From positions 6,572,001 to 6,636,000 of the forward strand of contig OX597831.1 in NCBI GenBank assembly GCA_951406725.2: 64,000 bases of DNA, read 5' to 3'. Under the pieces are notes generated by a model. That model was not told where the DNA came from. It was given only the letters and a program-made list of their open reading frames with translations, and did not search any database. A program made the translations under genes and the position numbers. Positions within the stretch are counted from its first letter, which is position 1, and the number at the start of each line of letters is the position of its first letter. The DNA is from Octopus vulgaris (taxonomy: Eukaryota). Of this stretch, positions 38,673 through 50,716 are shown piece by piece.

Positions 38673-38925
38673 CAGTCATGTATATATACATTCATATATA
38701 TACATTCATGTATATACACATATACATCCATATATATATACATATACACCCATATATATATACATATACACCCATATATATATACATATACACCCATATA
38801 TATATACATATACACCCATATATATATACATATACACCCATATATATATACATATACACCCATATATATATACATATACACCCATATATATATACATATA
38901 CACCCATATATATATACATATACAC

Positions 38926-38962
<37 letters not shown>

Positions 38963-38995
38963 CATATACATCCATATATATATATACATACATAT
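38460..38995. repeat. TA/CA-rich array with a 22-bp minisatellite (about 38730-38930)
   Basis: ccc recurs every 22 nt (38749, 38771, 38793 and onward). Confidence 0.9.
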
Positions 38996-39230
38996 CATCA
39001 TCATCATTTAGCGTCCGTTTTCCATGCTAACATGGGTTGGACGGTTCAACTGGGGTCTGTGAAGCTGGGAGGCTTCATCAGGCCCAGTCAGATCTGGCAG
39101 TGTTTCTACGGCTGGACGCCCTTCCTAACGCCAACCACTCAGTGAGTGTAGTGGGTGCTTTTTACATGCTACCCGCACAGGTGCCAGACAGAGCTGGCAA
39201 ACGGCCACGAACGGATGGTGCTTTTACATC
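38995..39230 (-). mobile_element. Retroposon family E
   Basis: (cat)n tail, core and one module; embedded in a TA/CA-rich array. Confidence 0.85.
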
Positions 39231-39274
39231 CATATATATATATATACACATACATCCATATATATACATACATA

Positions 39275-39603
39275 CGCGTGGCTCAGTGGTTAGAGCGTCG
39301 AGCTTACGATCGTGAGGTTGTGAGCTCGAATCCCGGACCGGGCTGCGTGTTGTGTTCTTGAGCAAGACACTTTATTTCACGTTGCTCCAGTTCACTCACC
39401 TGTAGAAATGAGTTGCGACATCACAGGTGCCAAGCTGTATCGGCCCTTGCCTTTCCCTTGGACAACATCGGTGACGTGGAGAGGGGAGGCCGGTATGCAT
39501 GGGCGACTGCTGGTCTTCCATGAAACAACCTTGCCCAGACTTGTGCCTCAGAGAGTAACTCTCTAGGTGCAAACCCATAGTCAGTGTCTGACCGAAGGGG
39601 GTC
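39275..39603 (+). mobile_element. tRNA-derived CORE-like SINE family D
   Basis: gtggctcagtggttagagc A-box, tcgaatcc B-box and gtgttcttgagcaagacactt core. Confidence 0.85.
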
Positions 39604-39860
39604 ATCATAATATACATATACATATATTTCTAGCATACTAAACAACCACATTGAGGACCAGCTACGTTTGAGCTTATTTAAAAGAGAGAGAAAAATGCAT
39701 TACACAACAAATTCTGATGTAATTGTAATCTACACCAAATCTTAACAAATTAGAAAATGCTGACAAATTAGCCATGTTTCAGAAAGTTACCACACACACA
39801 TATATATACACACACACATAAATATATACATAACATGTGTATGTATATCACGTCACCATC

Positions 39861-40153
39861 ACGTGACCGACCAGTCCATCAGATGTAGTTACACATCACT
39901 GGTCACAATGCGTTCGCATTGTTTTAGCCTTCGAATGACGCCACCCCGCTGGCTAAGCGAGCAGGCAAACAGAAGAAAGAGTGGGAGAAAGAGTGGTGAA
40001 AGAGTACAGCAGGGATCACCACCCCCTGCCGGAGCCTCGTGGAGGTTTTAGGTGTTTTCGCTCAATAAACACTCACAACGCCCGGTCTGGAAATCGAAAC
40101 CGCGATCCTATGACCGCGAGTCCGCTGCCCTAACCACTAGGCCATTGCACCTC
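39861..40153 (-). mobile_element. SINE family C
   Basis: Reverse complement of 19991-20285. Confidence 0.9.
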
Positions 40154-40495
40154 CGTGTATGTATATATATATGGATATCATCATCATCATCACCATTTGA
40201 TGTCCATTTTCCATGCTGGCATAGGGTGAACGGTTTGACAGGGGCCAACAAGCCAGGGGCTACATCTGGTACCCATCTGGTTTGGCATGTTATGTGGTTG
40301 AATGTCCTTCCTAACGCCACCACTTTACAGCGTGGACTGAGTGTGTTTACATGGCACTGCACAGGAGCATAGTTTCCACAGCTGGGTTTTTATAGTTTTA
40401 TGATTCTATAGACCTTCGTGCAAGTTGACTGGGAACCTGGGGCCCACAAAAATTGGGCACCTCCTAAAGGCCAGCCCTGTATACATACATACATA

Positions 40496-40834
40496 TCATC
40501 ATCATTGTTTAACGTCCGCTTTCCATGCTAGCATGGGTTGGACGGTTCAACTGGGGTCTGGCAAGCTCAAGGGCTGCACCAGGCCAGTCAGATCTGGCAG
40601 TGTTTCTACAGCTGGATGCCCTTCCTAACGCCAACCACTCCGAGAGTGTAGTGGGTGATTTTATGTGCCACCGACACAGGTGCCAGACGAGGCTGGCAGA
40701 CGGCCACGCTCGGATGGTGTTTTTATGTGCCACCGACACAGGTGCCAGACGAGGCTGGCAGACGGCCATGCTCGGATGGTGTTTTTATGTGCCACCGACA
40801 CAGGTGCCAGACGGCCACACTCGGATGGTGTTTT

Positions 40835-40838
<4 letters not shown>
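40496..40838 (-). mobile_element. Retroposon family E with three tandem modules (about 62-bp period)
   Basis: atgtgccaccgacacaggtgccagacg repeated three times. Confidence 0.85.
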
Positions 40839-40871
<33 letters not shown>

Positions 40872-40897
40872 GTGTTTATATATATATATATACATAC

Positions 40898-40931
<34 letters not shown>

Positions 40932-41105
40932 GCATGCATATATATATATATATACACAAATATATACATGTATATACACATATATACATATATATACACA
41001 AATATATACATATATATACACATATATACATATATATACACATATATACATATATATATATATACACACATATATACATATACACACATATATACATATA
41101 TATAT

Positions 41106-41136
<31 letters not shown>

Positions 41137-42145
41137 CACACACATACATATATATATACACACACATATATACATATATATATACACACACACACACACA
41201 TATATATATATACACACACATATATATATATACACACACATATATACATATATATACACACACATACACATATATATATACACACATATATACATATATA
41301 TACACACACATTTACGCACACACATATATACATGCACACACACATACACATATATACACACATATACAAAATATACACATATATATACACACATTTACAC
41401 ACCACAGCTCGTGAGCTGAAACTAGATAAATAAACAAACAATAAACAAGCACACATATATATACAAACACATATATACACATATATATATATACAAACAC
41501 ATATATACATTCATTTTCATATATATATATATATATATATACATACATATATATACATACACACACACACACACATAGATATATACATACACACACATAT
41601 ATATACATACACATACATACATACATGTATATACAGACATACACATATACATATATACATGTATATACATACATGCACACATACATATATACATGTATAT
41701 ACATACATGCACACATACATATATACATGTATATACATACATGCACACATACATATATACATGTATATACATACATGCACACATACATATATACATGTAT
41801 ATACATACATGCACACATACATATATACATGTATATACATACATGCACACATACATATATACATGTATATACATACATGCACACATACATATACATATAC
41901 ATACATGCACACATACATATATACATGTATATACATACATGCACACATACATATACATGTATATACATACATGCACACATACATATATACATGTATATAC
42001 ATACATGCACACATACATATATATATATACGTACATACACACATATATATACATACACACATACATGTATATACATACATATACACATACATATATACAT
42101 ACATACACATATACATACAAACACATATATACATACATATATACA
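40838..42145. repeat. TA/CA-rich array with a 34-bp minisatellite (about 41650-42010)
   Basis: atacatatatacatgtatatacatacatgcacac repeated about ten times. Confidence 0.9.
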
Positions 42146-42674
42146 ATGGAAGGCGGACATTAAACAATGATGATGATACATATGTACACAGATATATACA
42201 CACATACACGCACATACATACCGTTCACTCATAACCAGCATTGAAGGCAGACATTAAAAGATGGTGATGCAATACATGTGCACCTATGTACACACACACA
42301 CACACACATACACACAAATATACATTGTTATATATTTATGTATATATAAGCATACATACAAACATATGCATTCATACATTCATATGACTAATACACACAC
42401 ACACACCAGCAAGAAAAAGTGGACGTAAAAAAGAAGGACGGTATATTCATGAACAGATGTTTGTCTGTGTGTGTGTGTGTGTGCGTGTGAGTGTACAAGC
42501 AGCAGTGCCTGGTTCGGCCTGGGTTTTATAGGAATTATTAGGAAAAGTCACACAGCATATGACCTTCTACTTGGAGAGGTGTACCCCCCCCCCCCATGCA
42601 ACATTTCTGCTAATTAAGTGCCAAACTATAGCCTACAACTGACAACATAAATACACACACACACACACATATAT

Positions 42675-42726
<52 letters not shown>

Positions 42727-42745
42727 CCAAAAGGGTGTATATCAC

Positions 42746-42854
42746 CGTGACCGACCAGGCTATCAGATGTTGCTATACATCGCTGGTCACAATGCGCTTC
42801 GCATTGTTTTAGCCTTCAAATGACGCCACCCCGCTGGCTAAGCGAGCAGGCCAA
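42746..42854 (-). mobile_element. SINE family C, 3' fragment
   Basis: Matches the last ~110 nt of family C. Confidence 0.85.
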
Positions 42855-44076
42855 TATATACATACACATATGTATGTATGTATATATGTATTATGTATGT
42901 ATGTATGTATGTATGTATATGCGGAATTTATGTTTATACAGAGAAATATCGAAGGGGTGAGACGAAAAAACAAATAGAGAACAGACACTTTGATAAATGG
43001 TGAAAAGAAATGCCAAACTGAAGGCAAGAACAAAGTCCAGCAACACCAAATAAATTCTGTCAATCCACATTTATTATTCTGAAGAGAGTGTCCAGTTATG
43101 GTGGTGAATAGCCATGCTTACTAATAATATATTACTAAACCGAATATAAATCATCAGAGACTACTGTTACAGAGACACACTAGAATTGACACGCACACAC
43201 ACACACACATAAGTAAGCACGCGTACACACAACCACACACACACACAAGCAAGGACACATATACAGACGCAAATATAATACAGACACGCACACAGAAAAT
43301 TACATATATACATATGTATATACATACACAATTATTTTAACCCTTATTAAATGTAAAAAAAAAAAAAAAATGGTCAAGCAAGGTTGACCATTTAAAAGGA
43401 TAAACTTTATCCTATGTATCTATTCATTTATTTGATTTTTGTTGTGTGTGTATTTGTTTTTTCCCCCCAACGAATTATATCTGTTCGAAGAATTTAACCA
43501 TTACTTCTTGGCTGGACAAGCCAGAGAGAGTGCGAAAGGCTGACAGCTTAAGGAGGAGAGCTAATACAATAATCACTTGGTATGATTCATTAAGGGATCT
43601 TATCTTCACCAACACACAATGTTCTGGGAATAAATTTACAGTTTTTAGATAATTTCATCGTATGTTAGCTTTTTTTTTTTTTGTCTTTTCTCTCAAGTAA
43701 ATTTATTCTTCCCCACCACAAAAACACTTTTTTTTTCTTCTTCCCCCACATTTGAATACGATTAAATAATTAAAAGAAGGAAGGAAATAAAAGCACACGA
43801 AGACAGCCAACAACGACAAAGAAAGAAATTGCATTTTATTTGCTACGGCTTCTTGTCATTATTTTGCAGAGAGAGAGAAATAAATAAATTATGGAGACGC
43901 AGAGTTAAAAAGAGAAAAGACAAAACAACGGAATGAATGAGAGAGAAGAAAGGAGACATTGAGAGGCTGCGGTAAAAAAGAAAGAAACGTTTCGATGATT
44001 CATTCGTTGGTGTTTAGGAAATATTGTCATTGGAGAGAAGAGAAAGGGGATTAAAAGTGAATTTTTTGTAACTTAC

Positions 44077-44106
44077 GCCGTCAGCTTTTTGCTCGGTGGG
44101 ACTCAT
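44077..44106 (-). CDS. CORO2: Candidate alternative first coding exon 1a of coronin (MSPTEQKADG)
   Basis: caaatATG (A at -3), 10 codons, GGC|gtaagt phase-0 donor; ATG-free leader of about 200 nt below a TATA box. Confidence 0.7.
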
Positions 44107-44304
44107 ATTTGTCAAATGAAGAGCAAACAAGGAAGAAGAAGTCGAGATGTGGTGTTGTTGTTGTCGTTGTTGTTGTTGTTTAATGAGAGAAGAAGACGAA
44201 GAAGAAGAAGAGAGAGAGCAGAAGCGGAGGAGGAGGAGGGGGAAAGGTGGCGAGGGTGGGAGGAGATAGCAGCGCGCCGCAGTAAGGGAGGTAACTCTGT
44301 ATTA

Positions 44305-44345
44305 ACAGGTAGTCTCCCTGGACGTCCCCCCCTTTTTATAAGGTG
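44305..44345 (-). promoter_or_regulatory. TATA-box core promoter for exon 1a; predicted TSS near 44310
   Basis: Minus-strand TATAAAAAGG at 44340-44331 with GC-rich flank; a pyrimidine-A step lies 30 nt downstream. Confidence 0.6.
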
Positions 44346-44923
44346 GTGATTGCGTGTGTGTGTTTGTGTGTGCGTGCGTGTGTGTGTGCGCGTGTGTGTA
44401 TAACGATGTGTATATAAATATGTTTTTTTAGAAAATACAAAATGGGACACGAACGCAAAAACATTCAGACAGTCGGGTGATACAAGAAAGGGACAACAAA
44501 ACATGACGATGCAAAGAAAACGAGGACGGGGCACACACACACACACACATACACACACACACAAACAATGGCTGAAATTCTATTCCAGGCAATGTCATTC
44601 TTTGGTTGTTGTCTTATAGCATCATGGATGTGACGAATGTGGCTTTTCATAAACTGTTAAGGTCCTGCACCATTTTTTTGCAGAGATGTGACAATAACGT
44701 GCACCTCTTGCAGCAGGCGTTCAAAGAGCTCACCATCCTCTCTGACTCACACCCTCTTTCGTTCCAGCAGAGAATCTTGAATTCACTACTCCGCCCTTTC
44801 CAGCTGCAGCCAGCCATAATGTGCAGCGCATAATAGAGATGCTGAGAACAGAGTGATGCCAGTTCGTGAAGCTTTTTAAAGGGAGGAATGGTCTTGCACG
44901 GGGCCATCACCATTCTCTAAATC

Positions 44924-45316
44924 ACACATACACACACACATGCAAACATGCTCATATGCACACACACACACACACACACACATGCAAACATGCTCATACA
45001 CACACACACACACACACACACACATGCAAACATGCTCATACACACACACACACACACACACATGCTCATATGCACACACATACACACACACATGCAAACA
45101 TGCTCATACACACACACACACACACTTACAAACATGCTCATACACACACACACACACACACACATGCAAACATGCTCATACACACACACACACACACTTA
45201 CAAACATGCTCATACACACACACACACACACACACACATGCAAACATGCTCATACACACACACACATACATGCTCACACACACGCAAACATGCTCATACA
45301 CACATACACATACATG

Positions 45317-45352
<36 letters not shown>

Positions 45353-45560
45353 TACATGCTCTCTCACACACACACACACACAAGCATACATGCTCATACA
45401 TACACACACACACACACACACATACATGCTCACACACACACACACACACACATGCAAACATGCTCAAACACACACACACATACATGCATACATGCTCACA
45501 CACACACACACACACATGCAAACATGCTCACACACACACACATACACATACATGCACACA
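44924..45560. repeat. (CA)n array punctuated by tgcaaacatgctcata units
   Basis: Direct reading. Confidence 0.9.
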
Positions 45561-45597
45561 GACAGACACGTATGTATGTGTGTATGTCCATAGCTAC

Positions 45598-45747
45598 AGG
45601 CTTGGTTGTGTGGTTTGCTTCCCAACCACATGGTTCCAGGTTCAGTCCCACTGCATGGCACTTTGGGCGAGTGTCTTCTACTGTAGCCCTGGGTTAACCA
45701 AAGCCTTGTGAGTGGGTCCGGTAGATGGAAACTGAAAGCAACCTATT

Positions 45748-45750
<3 letters not shown>
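45598..45750 (+). mobile_element. SINE family B, head only
   Basis: Matches the first ~150 nt of family B, then (GT)n. Confidence 0.75.
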
Positions 45751-45793
<43 letters not shown>

Positions 45794-46053
45794 AGCAAGA
45801 AAACCCAAACTGCATAAATAACACTTTGCCAGCAGTAAGACAATTATTGCTGCGGTAAGTAGCAAAACGGAGGACAGGGTTCCAGTCTTTGGCTCTTCCA
45901 GACAGGATCGGAATCTACATCAGTCTCTTTACAGGTAAAAAAAATACAGGAAGTTGGGGTCTGGTTTCAAACTTGTTTCGGAGAGTTACCTGCGAAAGGT
46001 TTCAATTATCAGACAGAGTAATGAGTAATGAGTTGAGCAAAATAACATCTAAG

Positions 46054-46228
46054 GTAAAAAGCACCCACTACACTCGCGGAGTGGTTGGCGTTAGGAAGGG
46101 CATCCAGCTGTAGAAACGCTGCCAGATCAGACTGGAGCCTGGAGCAGCCCCTGGCTCCCCAGACCCCGGTCGAACCGTCCAACCCGTGCTAGCGCGGAAA
46201 ACGGACGTTAAACGATGATGATGATGAT
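46054..46228 (+). mobile_element. Retroposon family E, 3' part
   Basis: Core and (GAT)n tail. Confidence 0.85.
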
Positions 46229-47409
46229 GAATATGAATAAAAACAAATGGGCCCAGCACAAAGCATGATAAATACCAGGAGCAGGTGGCATACAAGATTG
46301 TTTTACTTTTTAAGGGTTTTCTTTTTGTTTTTGTTTTAACTTAATATTTTGCAATCATAAACACATTGTTGAGTCTCAAAAACAAAAAAAAAGAAAACTT
46401 AATTTTAGAAGTAACATCTAAACATGGGCAGCATGGAGGGTTCCACATGAATAGATTTGTTACATAGCATCTAAGCTATGAAATGTTAAGAAAAAGTAGG
46501 AAGGGCCATCGTGGGTAACAAAGAGATCCTTCTTTCTCTTCAGGTTGAATATAAAATATGAATCTCCATTGTAATTGGTTGAATAATCAAAATTAAGCAA
46601 AATTGAGATAACTAAAATAATTCAAATGATCAGTACTTTATGTTGAGATAAGTCAAATATTATGGATGGACTGAATAAAGTACATAAAAAGATTTTAATT
46701 AATTATAACGTACATAAAAAGTTTTTAAGTAATTACAATTTTCCTCTTGGTTGGTGCAAGAAAATGATAACCTAGTAGGAGACAATTTTAATAATTACTA
46801 ATGAATTAAAATATTAATTCATTAAATTATTTTAATTCCTATACTTAAGGTGAAGTTTGATTTTTGTTAGCGTGGGCAGAGACAACAACAGACATGTTTC
46901 AGTCTTAATGGAACTCGTTAGCAACACATAAAAACTATACAGAACAACTTTATCAATAAATGTAAGTTTTACATTTAGCAAAAAGGTACGATAAGTTTTG
47001 GTTAGCAGTAATTTGCATAATACAAAGTGAAACTGAGTTAAGGTAAACAACAAGCCAATGGCATGGATGGAGGTAAATTAAGTATGTACAGATGTGTTGT
47101 GAGTGGTGATCATGGTGATGATGATGATAATGTATAGAACAAATTCTTAATGAAGAATTAGAGGAGGGAAGAAAGAAAACACCTAGCGGCATTTGACAGT
47201 AAGTCACAAAGACAAGGGAGATAATTTCACTAAAAGGGCTGATTTAGACAAAAGGACATCAGTTTTAAGTGAAGGGTTTAATCAAAGCCAATGACCCCAC
47301 TATTTGACTGGTACTTTTGTTGAGCCAGAAACTGTAAGGAAACCCTACAGTTAAATAGAAGAAAATTTACAATTACCTTCATGTCTTTAACTGAAATTGA
47401 AGAAATATT

Positions 47410-47622
47410 CTTTTCTACTCTAGGCACAAGGTCCAAAATTTTGGGGGAGGAACCAGTTGATTAGATCAACCCCAGTACACAACTGGTACTTAATTTATCA
47501 ACTCCGAAATGATGAAAGGCAAAGTTGACCTTGGTGGAATTTAAATTCAGAATGTAAGGACAGACGAAATACCACGAAGTATTTCACCCAGCGTGCGAAC
47601 GTTTATACCAGCTCCACTGCTT
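47410..47622 (-). mobile_element. SINE family A (alternative tail) with TSD
   Basis: Flanked by ttgaagaaatatt. Confidence 0.85.
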
Positions 47623-47640
47623 TAGAAGTTGAAGAAATAT

Positions 47641-48050
47641 TGTGCCTCGATGTGTGAGCAATAAGTGTCATGTTTTATTCCGCAAGTACCGTGTTTCTTA
47701 TTGTGCACATACCACAAATAAGTGAAATTAATAAAGCATTTCATATCCGCATATCAAGTATATAGCCCAAACCCATATCTCATTTCAACAGAAGAGGAAT
47801 AGAAAACTGTTCAATAAAATAACTGCCATAAGAGAAATCAAAGAACTGATTCCATTTCAGGGTAATTTGGAAGCCGTGAGGCTCAGGTTTTTCCTAAAAG
47901 CTTCAAAGAAATAAACTGTGCCTCGATGTGTGTGCAATAAGAGTCATGTTTTATTCCCCAAGTACCTTTTTTCTTATTGAGCACATACCACAAATAAGTG
48001 AAATTAATAAAGCGTTTCATATCCGCATTTCATATAGCCGAACCTATTTC
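47641..48050. repeat. Direct duplication of a ~110-140-bp hairpin-containing unit (period 276)
   Basis: tgtgcctcgatgtgtg ... catatccgcat at 47641 and 47917. Confidence 0.9.
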
Positions 48051-48325
48051 CTACCAAACAAGACAATCTGACATCAATGTCACAACACGTCTACATAACC
48101 AGATATTGATGTGCCAATAGAAACCAACAAGTTTCAACAGCTGGAAACTATCATGAAGCAGGTGGCATACTTGATTATTTTACTTTTTAAGGGTTTTGTT
48201 TTTGTTTTAACTTAATATTTTGCAATCATAAACACATTGTTGAGTCACAAAAAAAAAAATTTATAAATTTTAGAAGCAATTTGTAAATAGAATTACAGAA
48301 GGAAGCTCTGTTATTATTTACATGA

Positions 48326-48629
48326 TGTGACCGACCAGGCTATCAGATGTTGTTACACATCGCTGGTCACAATGTGCTTCGCATTGTTTTAGCCTTCAAA
48401 TGGCGGCACCCCGCTGGCTAAGCGAGCAGGCCAACAGAAGAAAGAGTGAGAAATGGTTATGACAAAAGAGTACAGCCAGGATCGCCACCACCACCCCTTG
48501 CCGGAGCATCGTGGAGCTTTTTAGGTGTTTTCGCTCAATAAACACTCACAACGCCCAGTCTGGGAATCGAAACCGCAATCCCACGACTACGAGTCCGCTG
48601 CCCTAAACACTGGGCCATTGCGCCTCCAC
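48326..48629 (-). mobile_element. SINE family C with TSD
   Basis: Flanked by ctgttattatt. Confidence 0.9.
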
Positions 48630-48840
48630 CTGTTATTATTATACAGCGTAAATGAATGTCACTCTTTATTCTGGCATGGAATATTTGCAGCACAGTAGCA
48701 AAGTGATAACAGCAAAAATCTCAAAGTTTCTACACGTAGAGAATCAGTTCTTGTTTCCCTGAAACAATAAGCAACTGACTAAAGACAGGAAAGCTGAAAG
48801 CTGTTCTACCAATACAGAGGTAAATTTCTGAAAATGTATA

Positions 48841-49011
48841 GGCACAGGAGTGGCTGTGTGGTAAGTAGCTTGCTTACCAACCACATGGTTCCCGGTTCAG
48901 TCCCACTGCGTGGCACCTTGGGCAAGTGTCTTCTACTATAGCCTCAAGCCGACCAAAGCATTGTGAGTGGATTTGGTAGATGGAAACTGAAAGAAGCCCG
49001 TCGTATATATG

Positions 49012-49046
<35 letters not shown>

Positions 49047-49258
49047 ATGCTTGTGTGTCAGTGCTTGTCCCCCTAGCATTGCTTGACAACCGATGCTGGT
49101 GTGTTTATGTCCCCCGTCACTTAGCGGTTTGGCAAAAGAGACCGACAGAATAAGTACTAGGCTTACAAAGAATAAGTCCTGGGATCGATTTGCTCGACTA
49201 AAGGCGGTGCTCCAGCATGGCCACAGACAAATGACTGAAACAAGTAAGTAAGTAAAAA
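48841..49258 (+). mobile_element. SINE family B, full length
   Basis: Colinear with 32461-32856. Confidence 0.9.
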
Positions 49259-49430
49259 GGTTACGACACAAGTAGATTGGTTTATCAGACGTTAAAGTGT
49301 GGTGGATGAGATTCTAAAATGAAACTTGAATGAGATGAAGCTGAAACAGAAATGAGAAAGGAAAATAAATTGAGTTTCTCATTTTAAATTTTTATTTTGG
49401 CTGAAAAAGACCTTCAGAAAATTCGGATAT

Positions 49431-49630
49431 TCTTTTACTTGTTTCAGTCATTTGACTGCGGCCATGCTGGAGCACCGCCTTTAATCGAGCAACTCGACCC
49501 TGGGACTTATTCTTTGTAAGCCGAGTACTTATTCTATCGGTCTCTTTTGCCGAACTGCTAAGTGACGGGGACATAAACACACCATCATTGGTTGTCAAGC
49601 GATGTTGGGGGGACAAACACAGACACACAA

Positions 49631-49700
<70 letters not shown>

Positions 49701-49746
49701 GACAGGCTTCTTTCAGTTTCTGTCTACCAAATCCACTCACAAGGCT
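49431..49746 (-). mobile_element. SINE family B, 5'-truncated, inverted relative to the 48841 copy
   Basis: Reverse complement of the B body and tail. Confidence 0.9.
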
Positions 49747-49856
49747 TGAATACAAAACTTATTGATATTAATATTAGAAACAGCAAAAGGTATGTGATTA
49801 TTTCTCATCAGCTGATCACAATATTTAAAAGTCATCTTTGCCACCGCCACCACTGG

Positions 49857-50155
49857 TGGAGGCATATGGCCCAGTGATTAGAGCAGTGGCCTCGCGGTCA
49901 AGGGATCGCAGGTTCGAATCTCAGACCGGACGATGTGTGTGTTTATGAGCGAAACACCTAAGCTCCACGCGGCTCCAGCAGAAGGTAATGGTGAAACTTC
50001 TGCTGACTCTTTCGCCACAACATTCTCTCACTCTTTCCTCCTGCATCTTGCACCTCACCGGCGATGGACCGGTGTCCTGTCCAGGTGGGGAACCTATATG
50101 CCAAGGAAACCAGGAAACCGGCGCTTATGAACCAGGCATGGCTCAAGAAGGAACA
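49857..50155 (+). mobile_element. SINE with family C head and a different tail
   Basis: tggcccagtgattagagc ... ggttcgaatctc head; diverges from family C after ~130 nt. Confidence 0.8.
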
Positions 50156-50716
50156 AACGACCGCCCCCTCACTGTGGACACAAAGTGGACACAAAATCAG
50201 TGACTATATAACATTTTGATATTTGATCGGCACAAAAAGAAGGAAAAGTAAAATCAGACACTAGTTGGGTAATTATTCTATCTACCACTTTTTCCAAGTC
50301 ACTAATTTAAAAGAAGATAAACAAACCAACACCGGTTATCAAATGGTGAGAGACAAACATAAATACAACCACACACACACACACACACATACATGTATCC
50401 ATGTGTGGTGGGAGTATGTGCATGCATATGTATTTGTATGTGTTTGAGTATATATGTATATGTGCATGTGTGTTTGTGTGTGTGTGTACGTGTGCCCATG
50501 TGCGTGTGTGTGTGTGTGTGTGCATGTCCATTACTTTCCTTTCAGTTTATATAAGTTACGGAGAGAGTTCAAACCAGATGCTAAGAACAAAGTGACAAGA
50601 CTTTTTTCCAGTTAAGACAGTTCTCAGTGTTTGTAAATATGTGGTCCACATCTGTTGGGCAGCAGCTGACCTCTACAACAGTGCATGACCTTTGGTCCCT
50701 CTCCCACAGAACAATA

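Noticed and set aside
40660-40838. CRISPR-like repeat-spacer pattern
   Set aside because: The intervening sequences are near-identical rather than unique spacers, there are no cas genes, and the context is a eukaryotic retroposon.
38409-45711. Long His/Thr/Tyr/Ile- or Cys/Val/Met-rich ORFs (also 50692-51408 and 56699-57135)
   Set aside because: They are translations of stop-poor TA/CA/GTAT arrays that are open in several frames on both strands.
48098-48165. Plus-strand exon-like stretch IDVPIETNKFQQLETIMKQ|gt
   Set aside because: Weak acceptor and donor, and no partner exons found.
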